Origin: Crocinitomicaceae bacterium
GTDB taxonomy: Bacteria; Bacteroidota; Bacteroidia; Flavobacteriales_D; CAJJDF01
Length of the DNA: 46,644 nt
NCBI GenBank assembly: GCA_024639505.1
Contig: JAHEIE010000024.1
Span: 1 to 46,644, forward strand
Direction of reading: 5' to 3'
Part shown: piece by piece, positions 30,400-42,782 of the stretch
Layout of the letters: each line of letters opens with the position of its first letter
Numbering within the stretch: position 1 is the first letter of the stretch
Program-made: the position numbers and the translations under genes
The notes under the pieces: model-generated
What the model saw: the letters and a program-made list of their open reading frames with translations, nothing else
What the model was told of the DNA's origin: nothing
Databases searched by the model: none

Positions 30400-31857
30400 C
30401 TAATCTTTTGTTTTTTCAAAGATAGCAATAGCCTCAATGTGCGCAGTATGAGGGAATTGGTCTACAAAACTAATTTTAGTCATTTCATACCCTTTTTCCT
30501 TCAACACCTCAATATCACGTGATTGAGTTGCAGGATTACAAGAAACATAAACGATTCTTTGAGCATCAATTTGTGCAACCTTCACCAAAGTTTTAGGAGC
30601 AATTCCGCCACGAGGAGGATCCAGAACTATCGTCTTTATTTTGCCTTCATACTGAGGGAATTTGGTCAAAAATTTACCCACATCAGCAGCAAACCACTTC
30701 GCAGTTTCTACTTCGTTTCGTTTTGCATTCTCTTTGGCGTTTTCAATCGCTTCAGACACAATATCTACACCAACCACCTGTACACCAGTCTTTTTCGAAA
30801 TCAACTGACCAATAGTTCCTGTTCCACAAAACAAATCCATAACCGTATCATCTTTCGAATATTCCGTATCTTCCATCACGTAATCAATCACTTTAGAATA
30901 CAGTCTTTCGGCAGACTGAGGGTTAGTTTGGAAAAAACTTTGCATACTTACCTCAAAAGATAATCCTAGTAAATTTTCTTGAATCAGGTTCTCACCAAAC
31001 AACATTTCGTAATCATTCTCATCGTTGTGCGATCTTTCACCCAAGCTATCATTAATTGTATGAAGAATTCCGGCTACTCTATTATCAAACAAACCAACCA
31101 CAAACTCCACAAATGCCTTTTTGTCAAAATGAACCAAACCAGATTTTGATGTGGTTAAATTAAGCAGTAACTGATTGTTGGCAAATGATTTTCGAACAGT
31201 TAAATACCTGTAAAACCCGTGTTTCTTTGGCGGATGCCAAGCAGGCAAACCCGTTTTTTCTAGGTAAACTCTTATCTCTTTCAGCTTGTTCTCAAACTCG
31301 GCATCAAACAATCCCGAATCATTATCCAAGTCTTCTACAATCCACCAAGTACCTCTGCGCTTAAAACCAAGAGCAAATTCATCGTCTAGTGTCTCTTCTT
31401 GTTCAAAATCGTAACGAATTGTACTGAATGCGTACTCCATTTTGTTTCGGTAATGAAAACTAGTGGGCGATTCTATGTATGTGTCAAATAATTCCTCAAT
31501 ATTGGCTACTTTCCCAATTCTTCTGTATTGTTCAAGAGTTGTATTCTTTTTATAATCTCTCTGATTTTCAACAGGCAAAGTAATATATGGAGCTCCCGAA
31601 ATAGGCTGATAAGCCAAATCTATTTCATTGGGAGAAGGAGAAACAATCTCAATTAATTTTCCCTCCAAAAAACTTTTTTTCTTCTTAAAAATTCTTGTTT
31701 TCACAATTTGCCCAGGAATTGTATTGGGCACAAACATCACAATTTTCCCTTCACCTACATTGAGCTTTGCCAGACCTTTTCCTCCAAAAGCCATGTCTTC
31801 GATCTCAATTTCAATGATATTTCCTTTTTTAATGTCTTGCTGAGCGTAGGTTTTCAT
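30400..31857 (-). CDS. rlmD: 23S rRNA (uracil-C5)-methyltransferase RlmD family
   Basis: TRAM domain, YRNKMEY, SFFQTN, DLFCGTG, LDPPRGG, catalytic YVSCNPAT and DQFPHTAHIE. Start is the ATG at 31857. Confidence 0.9.
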   Translation of the reverse strand: MKTYAQQDIKKGNIIEIEIEDMAFGGKGLAKLNVGEGKIVMFVPNTIPGQIVKTRIFKKKKSFLEGKLIEIVSPSPNEIDLAYQPISGAPYITLPVENQRDYKKNTTLEQYRRIGKVANIEELFDTYIESPTSFHYRNKMEYAFSTIRYDFEQEETLDDEFALGFKRRGTWWIVEDLDNDSGLFDAEFENKLKEIRVYLEKTGLPAWHPPKKHGFYRYLTVRKSFANNQLLLNLTTSKSGLVHFDKKAFVEFVVGLFDNRVAGILHTINDSLGERSHNDENDYEMLFGENLIQENLLGLSFEVSMQSFFQTNPQSAERLYSKVIDYVMEDTEYSKDDTVMDLFCGTGTIGQLISKKTGVQVVGVDIVSEAIENAKENAKRNEVETAKWFAADVGKFLTKFPQYEGKIKTIVLDPPRGGIAPKTLVKVAQIDAQRIVYVSCNPATQSRDIEVLKEKGYEMTKISFVDQFPHTAHIEAIAIFEKTKD

Positions 31858-32035
31858 TTTATGTTGATTTTGTGGTGCGAAGATAGTGGGAATTTTGTGG
31901 AATGAAACAGTATATTTCTGAAATAAAACTAAGACGTAAAAAAGAACTCTGAAAATAAAATCAATTGCATAGATTGACAAGTAAAACTAATCAGTATTGC
32001 TGGAAAAAGAATTTAAACAAATATTACCTTGATTT

Positions 32036-32971
32036 CTAAACCGGCCCAATCGCTTCACTCCCATTCAATTTTGGCAACAACTTAGCAACTGATTTTTTAA
32101 TCGTTTTTTCCATGTCTACCAAGAGTTTTTTCTTCACAAAATGTTTGTGAGTGATCAATCCTACTTTACGAACGGGAACCGGATTTTGAAAAGGTATCAA
32201 CCGTTTTTTCTCGGAATCTTTAAGTTCGGAAGACAATAAATAAGGCAAAATAGTAATCCCATCATTTGCCTTGGTAAATCGCATCAAACTATCTAATGAA
32301 CCCGCTTTGAACTGAAAATTTACATTTTTTTTGGGTGCATCGCTCGATAACTCACAAATCTGCTTCACTTGTGTACTCAGGCAATGTCCATCTTCAAGAA
32401 ACCAAAGGTTGGAAAAATCCAATTGTGATACCGAAGTTGTTTTGGCAATTTTGGAGGAATTACAATCGTACACCAAAAAGGGTTCTTCGTACAATTCTAC
32501 TTCATCCAACTGAGAATCTACCAATGGGATTGCTAAAATCCCAACATCAATAGCTCTGCTCTTGAGTGAGCTCTGGATATTAGCAGTAGTCATTTCGCTT
32601 ACAATCATTTTTACTTTGGGAAACTTATTGGCAAAATCTGCTAAAAACAAAGGCAATAAATACGGAGCAATTGTAGGAATAATCGCAATTCTTAGTTCCC
32701 CAACCATTTCGCCTTTCAATTCTTGAGTCAAATTTTCCAGAGCCTCCATTTCATACTGAACAATTCTCATTTGTTCAATCAGCTTTCTCCCCTCTTTTGT
32801 TATGGTTACTGGTTTTGTTTTTCGGTTAAAAATAAACACACCAATCTCTTCCTCTAGCTTATTTATCATTGTACTCAAAGTAGATTGAGTAACAAAACAA
32901 GATTCTGCGGCAGTTTCAAAATGAGCATATTTTGCTACAGCAAGCACATATTTTATTTGTTGAATTGTCAT
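32036..32971 (-). CDS. oxyR: LysR-family hydrogen-peroxide sensor OxyR
   Basis: LysR HTH (AAESCFVTQSTLS), IIPTIAPYLLP and redox pair GHCLSTQVKQIC; divergent from katG. Confidence 0.9.
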   Translation of the reverse strand: MTIQQIKYVLAVAKYAHFETAAESCFVTQSTLSTMINKLEEEIGVFIFNRKTKPVTITKEGRKLIEQMRIVQYEMEALENLTQELKGEMVGELRIAIIPTIAPYLLPLFLADFANKFPKVKMIVSEMTTANIQSSLKSRAIDVGILAIPLVDSQLDEVELYEEPFLVYDCNSSKIAKTTSVSQLDFSNLWFLEDGHCLSTQVKQICELSSDAPKKNVNFQFKAGSLDSLMRFTKANDGITILPYLLSSELKDSEKKRLIPFQNPVPVRKVGLITHKHFVKKKLLVDMEKTIKKSVAKLLPKLNGSEAIGPV

Positions 32972-32975
32972 GACA

Positions 32976-32983
32976 CAAAGATA
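32976..32983 (-). promoter_or_regulatory. -7 box for oxyR (probably leaderless)
   Basis: TATCTTTG on the minus strand ends 4 nt before the ATG. Confidence 0.55.
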
Positions 32984-33049
32984 ATTTTAATATTTATATC
33001 ATCAATGTTTGTATCTAAAATATCGTTTTTATAAATAACAAATACTTAG

Positions 33050-33057
33050 TAGATTTG
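33050..33057 (+). promoter_or_regulatory. -7 box for katG
   Basis: TAGATTTG, 28 nt before the ATG. Confidence 0.6.
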
Positions 33058-33061
33058 TTAA

Positions 33062-35341
<2,280 letters not shown>

Positions 35342-35363
35342 TACAATAAACTCCAAAATAATT

Positions 35364-35397
35364 AAACGACTCTGTGTAAACAGGGTCGTTTTTTTTT
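35364..35397 (+). terminator. Intrinsic terminator after katG
   Basis: AAACGACTCTG-TGTAAA-CAGGGTCGTTT followed by a T tract. Confidence 0.85.
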
Positions 35398-35423
35398 GAA
35401 AAATAATTGTACAAAACCTCCTT

Positions 35424-35462
35424 TTGTTAAATATATAACTACATTTGTTAAATATTTAATAA
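35424..35462 (+). promoter_or_regulatory. lysC promoter (-7 box TACATTTG at 35440-35447) flanked by two tandem palindromic sites
   Basis: TTGTTA-AATATA-TAACTA (35424-35441) and TTGTTA-AATATT-TAATAA (35445-35462), starts 21 bp apart. Confidence 0.55.
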
Positions 35463-35466
35463 CGAC

Positions 35467-36780
35467 ATGAAAGTAATAAAATTTGGAGGCACTTCGGTAG
35501 GCTCTCCTGAAAGGATGAAAAAGGTAGCTGACCTAGTTGCCAATGAAAATGCCATTGTGGTACTTTCGGCAGTAAGCGGAACTACAAACGCATTGACAGA
35601 AATAGCTCAATTATTGTATAAAAACGAGCGAAATTTAGCCAAACATTCCATTCAAGGTTTACTGAAACAGTATCATAGTTTTGTAACTGAATTATTAAGT
35701 TCAGAACAACAACTCACCAAAGCCAAAGACATGATAGAGAGTCATTTTTCTCACATTGATTCTTTCACCGAAGATTTATTTACGATTCACGAAGAAAAAA
35801 CAATATTGGCGCAAGGCGAATTGATTTCTACAGCGCTTTTTCAATTGTATTTGGAAGAAAAAGGAATAAACTCTTGCCTTCTTCCTGCTTTGGATTTTAT
35901 GCGAATCGACAAAGATTTAGAACCTGATAACTATTACATTCAGCATAATTTGGAAAGAGAACTAAAGCTTTGCCATTCGAAATTATACATCACCCAAGGA
36001 TACATTTGCAGAAATGTGTTCGGAGAAATTGACAACCTAAAACGTGGAGGAAGTGATTACACGGCTTCATTAATTGGAGCTGCAATCCAAGCATCTGAAA
36101 TTGAAATTTGGACAGACATTGATGGAATGCACAACAACGACCCAAGAGTAGTGGACAATACGTTTTCTATCGAATCTTTGTCGTATGATGAAGCGGCCGA
36201 ACTTGCATATTTTGGAGCAAAAATTTTGCATCCTGCCAGTGTGTATCCTGCACAATTAAGGGGAATTCCTATTTGGTTGAAAAATACAATGGAACCCAAC
36301 AAACTTGGTACTAAAATAGCCAAAGAAATTGAAGAAAGAGAATTTACTGCCGTAGCAGCCAAAGATGGAATTACAGCTATCAAAATAAAATCTGGAAGAA
36401 TGCTGTTGGCCTACGGTTTCTTGCGAAAAATCTTTGACATTTTTGAACGGTACAAAACACCAATTGATGTTATTACTACTTCGGAAGTGGCTGTTTCTAT
36501 TACCATTGACGACAATACAAATTTGGATGCAATTCAAGAAGAATTGAGTTATTTGGGCGAAGTAGAAATCAACAAAAACCTTTCGATCGTATGTGTTGTA
36601 GGTAATTTCTCTCACGAGTCGATGGGTTCAGGAAATCAAATTTTTGATAGTTTACAAAACATTCCAATCCGAATGATTTCTTACGGAGGAAGCCAGCACA
36701 ATGTATCTATTGTGATAGAAACGGAATACAAAAAAGACGCACTTGTGGCTTTGAATAATGGACTTTTTAATCAGAACTAA
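35467..36780 (+). CDS. lysC: Aspartate kinase (lysine-sensitive type)
   Basis: KFGGTSVG, VLSAVSGTTN, RGGSDYTA, IWTDIDG, ELAYFGAKILHP and two ACT domains. Confidence 0.95.
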   Translation: MKVIKFGGTSVGSPERMKKVADLVANENAIVVLSAVSGTTNALTEIAQLLYKNERNLAKHSIQGLLKQYHSFVTELLSSEQQLTKAKDMIESHFSHIDSFTEDLFTIHEEKTILAQGELISTALFQLYLEEKGINSCLLPALDFMRIDKDLEPDNYYIQHNLERELKLCHSKLYITQGYICRNVFGEIDNLKRGGSDYTASLIGAAIQASEIEIWTDIDGMHNNDPRVVDNTFSIESLSYDEAAELAYFGAKILHPASVYPAQLRGIPIWLKNTMEPNKLGTKIAKEIEEREFTAVAAKDGITAIKIKSGRMLLAYGFLRKIFDIFERYKTPIDVITTSEVAVSITIDDNTNLDAIQEELSYLGEVEINKNLSIVCVVGNFSHESMGSGNQIFDSLQNIPIRMISYGGSQHNVSIVIETEYKKDALVALNNGLFNQN

Positions 36781-36781
36781 A

Positions 36782-37924
36782 ATGAGAAAAGAACAACTTA
36801 TTCAGCACAAAACTCCATTTTATTGTTATGATTTGGAGCTACTTACTCAAACTTTGGACGTAGCACTACTTCATGCTAACAAACACTCTTATCACATTCA
36901 TTATGCGTTGAAAGCAAATACCAATGACCGAATTTTGAATTTGATACAATCAAAAGGATTTGGAGCGGATTGTGTGAGTGGAAATGAAGTAAAAAAAGCG
37001 ATTGAAATTGGTTTTGAACCCAATCAAATTGCCTTTGCAGGAGTTGGAAAATCAGACGAAGAGATATTGATTGGTCTAGAAAACAACATTTTTACTTTCA
37101 ATTGCGAATCGGTAGAAGAAATAGTAGTAATAAATGAATTGGCATCGCAAAAAAATAAAATTGCCAAAATTGCTTTGAGACTGAACCCTAACGTGGATGC
37201 CAAAACGCACAAATACATCACCACAGGATTAGAAGAAAACAAATTTGGGATTAATAGTTGGGAATTGGAAAATTTACTTGCTCAATTGCCTTCTTGGAAA
37301 CACATTAAAATTACAGGGCTTCATTTTCATATTGGTTCTCAAATCACTTCAATGACTCCGTTCAAAAATTTGTGTATCCGTGTAAACGAGCTGAATACTT
37401 GGTTTTTGGAAAGAGGAGTCCAAATCGAACATCTGAACTTAGGCGGAGGATTAGGAATTGATTACCAAAACCCTACAGAAAATCATATTCCAGATTTTGA
37501 GTTGTTTTTTGGAGTTTTCAAGCAATTTTTAGAACCAAAACCTCACCAAGAAGTACATTTTGAATTGGGAAGAAGTTTGGTTGCCAACTGCGGAAGCTTA
37601 ATCTCCAAGGTATTGTACATCAAAAAAGGAATCAAAACCAATTTCGCCATCCTAGACGCAGGAATGACGGAACTTATTCGTCCAGCTTTATACCAAGCTT
37701 CCCATCACATCGAAAATTTAATTTCAAATTCTCCCGAAACAGAATTCTACGATGTGGTTGGCCCAATCTGCGAATCATCAGATTGTTTTGGAAAAAGGAT
37801 TAAACTAAAAGAAACTAAAAGAGGTGATTTTATAAAAATACACAGTGCCGGTGCTTATGGGGAGGTGATGACTTCGAGGTATAATTTGAGGGAGCAGAAT
37901 GACGTAGTTTTTGTTAATGGATAA
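36782..37924 (+). CDS. lysA: Diaminopimelate decarboxylase
   Basis: PLP lysine in HYALKAN, HFHIGSQ, LGGGLG, GPICESSD and AGAYG. ATG at 36782, 1 nt after the lysC stop. Confidence 0.96.
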   Translation: MRKEQLIQHKTPFYCYDLELLTQTLDVALLHANKHSYHIHYALKANTNDRILNLIQSKGFGADCVSGNEVKKAIEIGFEPNQIAFAGVGKSDEEILIGLENNIFTFNCESVEEIVVINELASQKNKIAKIALRLNPNVDAKTHKYITTGLEENKFGINSWELENLLAQLPSWKHIKITGLHFHIGSQITSMTPFKNLCIRVNELNTWFLERGVQIEHLNLGGGLGIDYQNPTENHIPDFELFFGVFKQFLEPKPHQEVHFELGRSLVANCGSLISKVLYIKKGIKTNFAILDAGMTELIRPALYQASHHIENLISNSPETEFYDVVGPICESSDCFGKRIKLKETKRGDFIKIHSAGAYGEVMTSRYNLREQNDVVFVNG

Positions 37925-37985
37925 TTGACAATGTACAATTGATAAATATTTGTCATCGTGTTATTCAGCGTGATTATTCATCGTT

Positions 37986-38157
37986 CTCACCTCTTGAGAG
38001 GGGATTAAGGGGCGTGTTTTTCATCAGATTTTGAGATTTAATAAATCATGAGGAGAAGTTGCTCGTAAAATAACACACCCCTTGTATTCCTCCCGAGAAG
38101 TCGGGAGGGTTCTTCAGGAAGGATTCTTGCTTTAAGATCCCCATATTCGCGAGGATG
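37986..38157. repeat. Cluster of GC-rich REP-like palindromes
   Basis: AAGGGGCGTGTT (38007-38018) is inverted to AACACACCCCTT (38072-38083). Hairpins CCTCTTGAGAGG and CCTCCCGA-GAAG-TCGGGAGG (38089-38108); degenerate GATCCCC...CGCGAGGATG. Confidence 0.6.
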
Positions 38158-38223
38158 CCGAAAGTGTAATAGTAAGATTAGAATTTGTCAATTCATCAAA
38201 TTGCCAATTTAGCCAATAAACCT

Positions 38224-38231
38224 TACCTTTG
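38224..38231 (+). promoter_or_regulatory. -7 box for the ABC-F gene
   Basis: TACCTTTG, 22 nt before the ATG. Confidence 0.6.
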
Positions 38232-38244
38232 CAGTCAAATATAA

Positions 38245-39855
<1,611 letters not shown>

Positions 39856-39878
39856 ACACCCAAAAACTTTATTTCTGA

Positions 39879-39892
39879 GTGACTTTTGTCAC
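39879..39892. promoter_or_regulatory. Perfect palindrome GTGAC-N4-GTCAC, candidate transcription-factor site
   Basis: Lies 22 nt upstream of a TATCTTTG -7 box (39915-39922) in front of the DUF2892 gene. Confidence 0.5.
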
Positions 39893-39950
39893 AAACAAAC
39901 AGAATACATTAACATATCTTTGTTTACTAATTATCTGATAAACACTAATT

Positions 39951-40157
39951 ATGAAAAAGAACATGGGTACTGCAGACAAAGGAATTAGAATTTCTATCGC
40001 CATTGTATTGGCAATTTTAAGTTTCACAAATGTAATAACTGGAACACTAGGTATTATCGCTCTGCTTGTAGCCGCAATTTTTGTTCTAGCTAGTCTTATA
40101 AGTTTTTGCCCTCTTTACTCAATTTTTGGAATAAAAACTTGTAAGATTAAAAAGTAA
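39951..40157 (+). CDS. DUF2892 / YgaP-like small membrane protein
   Basis: MKKNMGTADK-x-IR, two TM helices and FCPLYSIFGIKTC. Confidence 0.9.
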   Translation: MKKNMGTADKGIRISIAIVLAILSFTNVITGTLGIIALLVAAIFVLASLISFCPLYSIFGIKTCKIKK

Positions 40158-40158
40158 A

Positions 40159-40776
40159 TTAATCCACCCCTAAATATTTGTGAGTTTGAACAGAGATTCT
40201 CCATTGAGAATTTTGGGTGATGTAAGATAAAATAAGATCATACATTTTTTCTTTCTTCTCCCACTCAGCTTGCAAATACAGTTTGCAATGTTCAGGAACT
40301 TGCTTGGAGTGAGTTTCTGCCCATTCAATATCTGATTTATTGAACACCACTATTTTCAATTCGTGAGCTTTGGAAATCACTGAATCGAGTGGTTTTTTGA
40401 ATTTTTTTGGCGACAAACATATCCAATCGTATTCACCTCTCAATTCGTATGCTCCCGAAGTTTCCACGGCAATTTCTACGTTCAAAGTATGCAATTGATT
40501 CGTCAAATAGGATAAATCATACATTCCTGGTTCTCCACCAGTAATAACTACAAAGTTGGTTCCTGATTCTTTTACTTGATTTACCAACTCCGAAACTTGA
40601 AGAATTTCGTGTTCGTTGGCATTCCAACTGTCTTTCACATCACACCACACGCAGCCCACATCGCAACCTGCAACACGAATAAAAAAAGCAGCTCGCCCCG
40701 AATAAAACCCTTCACCCTGAACGGTGTAAAAAGTTTCCATGATTGGCAATTCTGTAATTGGATTGGGTTTACTCAA
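40159..40776 (-). CDS. queE: 7-carboxy-7-deazaguanine synthase (radical SAM)
   Basis: FYTVQGEG, CDVGCVWCD, ITGGEP and QTHKYL. Probable start is the TTG at 40776, overlapping the upstream stop (alternative ATG at 40740). Confidence 0.93.
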   Translation of the reverse strand: MSKPNPITELPIMETFYTVQGEGFYSGRAAFFIRVAGCDVGCVWCDVKDSWNANEHEILQVSELVNQVKESGTNFVVITGGEPGMYDLSYLTNQLHTLNVEIAVETSGAYELRGEYDWICLSPKKFKKPLDSVISKAHELKIVVFNKSDIEWAETHSKQVPEHCKLYLQAEWEKKEKMYDLILSYITQNSQWRISVQTHKYLGVD

Positions 40777-41332
40777 AGCTGTAAATTTCAGTTGGTGTAA
40801 TGCAACGATGCATTTTCTTGTCAAAGGTATCTAAATCTTTTATTTCATCAATAGGTTCAAAAAGAGAAAGTCCAATTAATTGAGTCTTTTTTGGTAGTTG
40901 AGATAAAAAACGATCATAAAACCCACCCCCATAACCTACTCGGAATCCATTTTTGTCGAAAGCCAACAGCGGAAGTAAAACAATATCAATTTCCTCAATT
41001 TCAGCTTGTTTAGCTTCATTTGGCTCAAGAATACCATGTGAATTCAATACAAGTTCAGTATTTTTTTCAAAGTAAAAATGAGTCATCGAATTATCATTAA
41101 AATTAGTTTTTGGAACAACTACTTTTCCTTTTTCCATAATTCTATCGATAAGCAGCCAGGTATCAATTTCGTTGTTTTTTTCGATAGGAATAAAACAATG
41201 AACGGTTTTGGATTCTAGTATAAAATTTTGTGATACAATATCGGATATTTTCAAACTTTCCAGCTTCACAAATTGAGAAGACAATGATTTTCTTTTGGTT
41301 AAATATTCTTTACGAATTTGTTTCTTATTCAT
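40769..41332 (-). CDS. 5-formyltetrahydrofolate cyclo-ligase
   Basis: KKQIR, GILEP and PLLAFDKNGFRVGYGGGFYDRFL. Confidence 0.94.
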   Translation of the reverse strand: MNKKQIRKEYLTKRKSLSSQFVKLESLKISDIVSQNFILESKTVHCFIPIEKNNEIDTWLLIDRIMEKGKVVVPKTNFNDNSMTHFYFEKNTELVLNSHGILEPNEAKQAEIEEIDIVLLPLLAFDKNGFRVGYGGGFYDRFLSQLPKKTQLIGLSLFEPIDEIKDLDTFDKKMHRCITPTEIYSFE

Positions 41333-41347
41333 TTTATCCAGATCTAT

Positions 41348-42268
41348 TTATTTCAATGTAAATTTAATTGGTAGAGTATATTTCACTCTTACCTTCTTAC
41401 CTCGGTTTTCTCCTGGAATCCATTTCGGCATAGAATTCAGCACTTTAATCGCCTCATCATCACAACCATAGCCAATTCCTCTTAACACAATCACCTTAGA
41501 AACACTTCCATCTAACCCTACAACAAACTGAGCATAAACAGTCCCTTCTACTCCATTTTTCTTAGCCTGTTTAGGATATTTTATCTGACTTGAAAGATAT
41601 GACATTAAACTATCTACCCCTCCAACAAACTCTGGCATTAACTCAGTAAATTCATACACAGTCGAATCATTATCCAAAACAGGTTGAGATTCTAATTCCA
41701 TAAGCCCCATTAATTCTGGCTCTACCACCTCGATTATTTCTGGTTCTACAATCATTACATCTCCCATAATGATAGTCTCAATCTCGCCTTTTCTGGGCTT
41801 GCAACTTGCCTTTTTCGTTTCAATTTTTCCAATTTTAACACTCTGTTTTTTAGGGATTGAATCTACCTCAACTTGGGAATTTGTGGTATCCACTGTGGGC
41901 AAAGTATCCACTTGAACGATTTCACCAAGAGTTAGATTCGTTCCAATTATTGAATTCGGTTTGCTTTGGCATGAAACCAAAGCTAAAGTAGCCATCGATA
42001 ACAATAAAAAAGCTCTATTCCCCTTCTGTATTCTTGTACTTTCAACAATCGCCTGTAGTTCGGTGAAATGAAAATCAGTTTGACCACCTAAGATTCGGGC
42101 GCATGTGGATTTACTTTGATTTTGAATCAAATAAATTAGAATCTCGTCTCTGGTCATTTCAGTAAAATCTACAACCGATTTTACACACAATTCACAATGC
42201 CGAGATTTCACCCCAATTTTCATTTTACTCCAATCCTCTGAACAGGGCTCATTTATCTTAACTTTCAT
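41348..42268 (-). CDS. TonB C-terminal-domain protein with an N-terminal Cys-rich domain
   Basis: C-terminal MPEFVGG...IKYP...GVEGTVYAQFVV...CDDEAIKV...KWIPG; N-terminal PCSEDW...HCELC...VVDF...TC. ATG at 42268 chosen; 42286 is also possible. Confidence 0.8.
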   Translation of the reverse strand: MKVKINEPCSEDWSKMKIGVKSRHCELCVKSVVDFTEMTRDEILIYLIQNQSKSTCARILGGQTDFHFTELQAIVESTRIQKGNRAFLLLSMATLALVSCQSKPNSIIGTNLTLGEIVQVDTLPTVDTTNSQVEVDSIPKKQSVKIGKIETKKASCKPRKGEIETIIMGDVMIVEPEIIEVVEPELMGLMELESQPVLDNDSTVYEFTELMPEFVGGVDSLMSYLSSQIKYPKQAKKNGVEGTVYAQFVVGLDGSVSKVIVLRGIGYGCDDEAIKVLNSMPKWIPGENRGKKVRVKYTLPIKFTLK

Positions 42269-42400
42269 AATGCGTTTGTTTTTCATTCTGTACACCCCAT
42301 TCATCAGAAGGTTCAATGAATGACACCAAACTTCGAGAAATATTGGTTAGAAAAAATATAAAACCAATAAAACCTGCAACTTGAAGCTCACAACCAGTTT

Positions 42401-42703
42401 TTACATCCCAGGCAACATTCCTGCTGAAGCCGCTTTCATTTCAGATTCATTTACTCTTTCAGCTTTCTCTAAAGCATCGTTGGTAGCGATCAAAACTAAA
42501 TCTTCCAATTCTTCTTTGTCCAAATTAGCCAATTCCTCATTGATAGAAATAGCATTTACTTTTCTGTTCCCAGTCATTATTACCGATACTTTTCCATTAC
42601 TCGCTTTTCCTTCCACAGTAATTGTGTCCAGTCTAGCTTTAGTTTCTTCTACTTTTTGTTGCATTTCCTGCAACTTTTTCATCATTCCGTTTCCTCCAAA
42701 CAT
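42401..42703 (-). CDS. YbaB/EbfC nucleoid-associated protein
   Basis: MMKKLQEMQQK, GKVSVIMTG, EELEDLVLIATNDAL and terminal LPGM. Confidence 0.93.
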   Translation of the reverse strand: MFGGNGMMKKLQEMQQKVEETKARLDTITVEGKASNGKVSVIMTGNRKVNAISINEELANLDKEELEDLVLIATNDALEKAERVNESEMKAASAGMLPGM

Positions 42704-42782
42704 ATTTCATTAATTAAAAATGGATAATTACCCATTATTTATACTTAACCAAAACTATCAATTATTCATTGTTAATTATCAA

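Noticed and set aside
31858-31980. N-terminal extension of rlmD in the ORF track (likewise cinA, guaB, proS, lysA, fahA, queE and the MutS-like gene)
   Set aside because: The extensions run through promoter or overlap regions and precede the family-typical N-terminus, so downstream starts were chosen.
32984-33045. OxyR binding box between oxyR and katG
   Set aside because: Expected from context, but I could not fit ATAG-N7-CTAT repeats convincingly.
33036-33060. TAACAA and TTGTTA half-sites upstream of katG
   Set aside because: They are in the opposite order to the proposed operator, and one is part of the -7 box. They show that single half-sites arise by chance in this AT-rich DNA.
35342-35466. 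Lysine riboswitch upstream of lysC
   Set aside because: Only about 70 AT-rich nt lie between the katG terminator and the ATG, leaving no room or structure for the aptamer.
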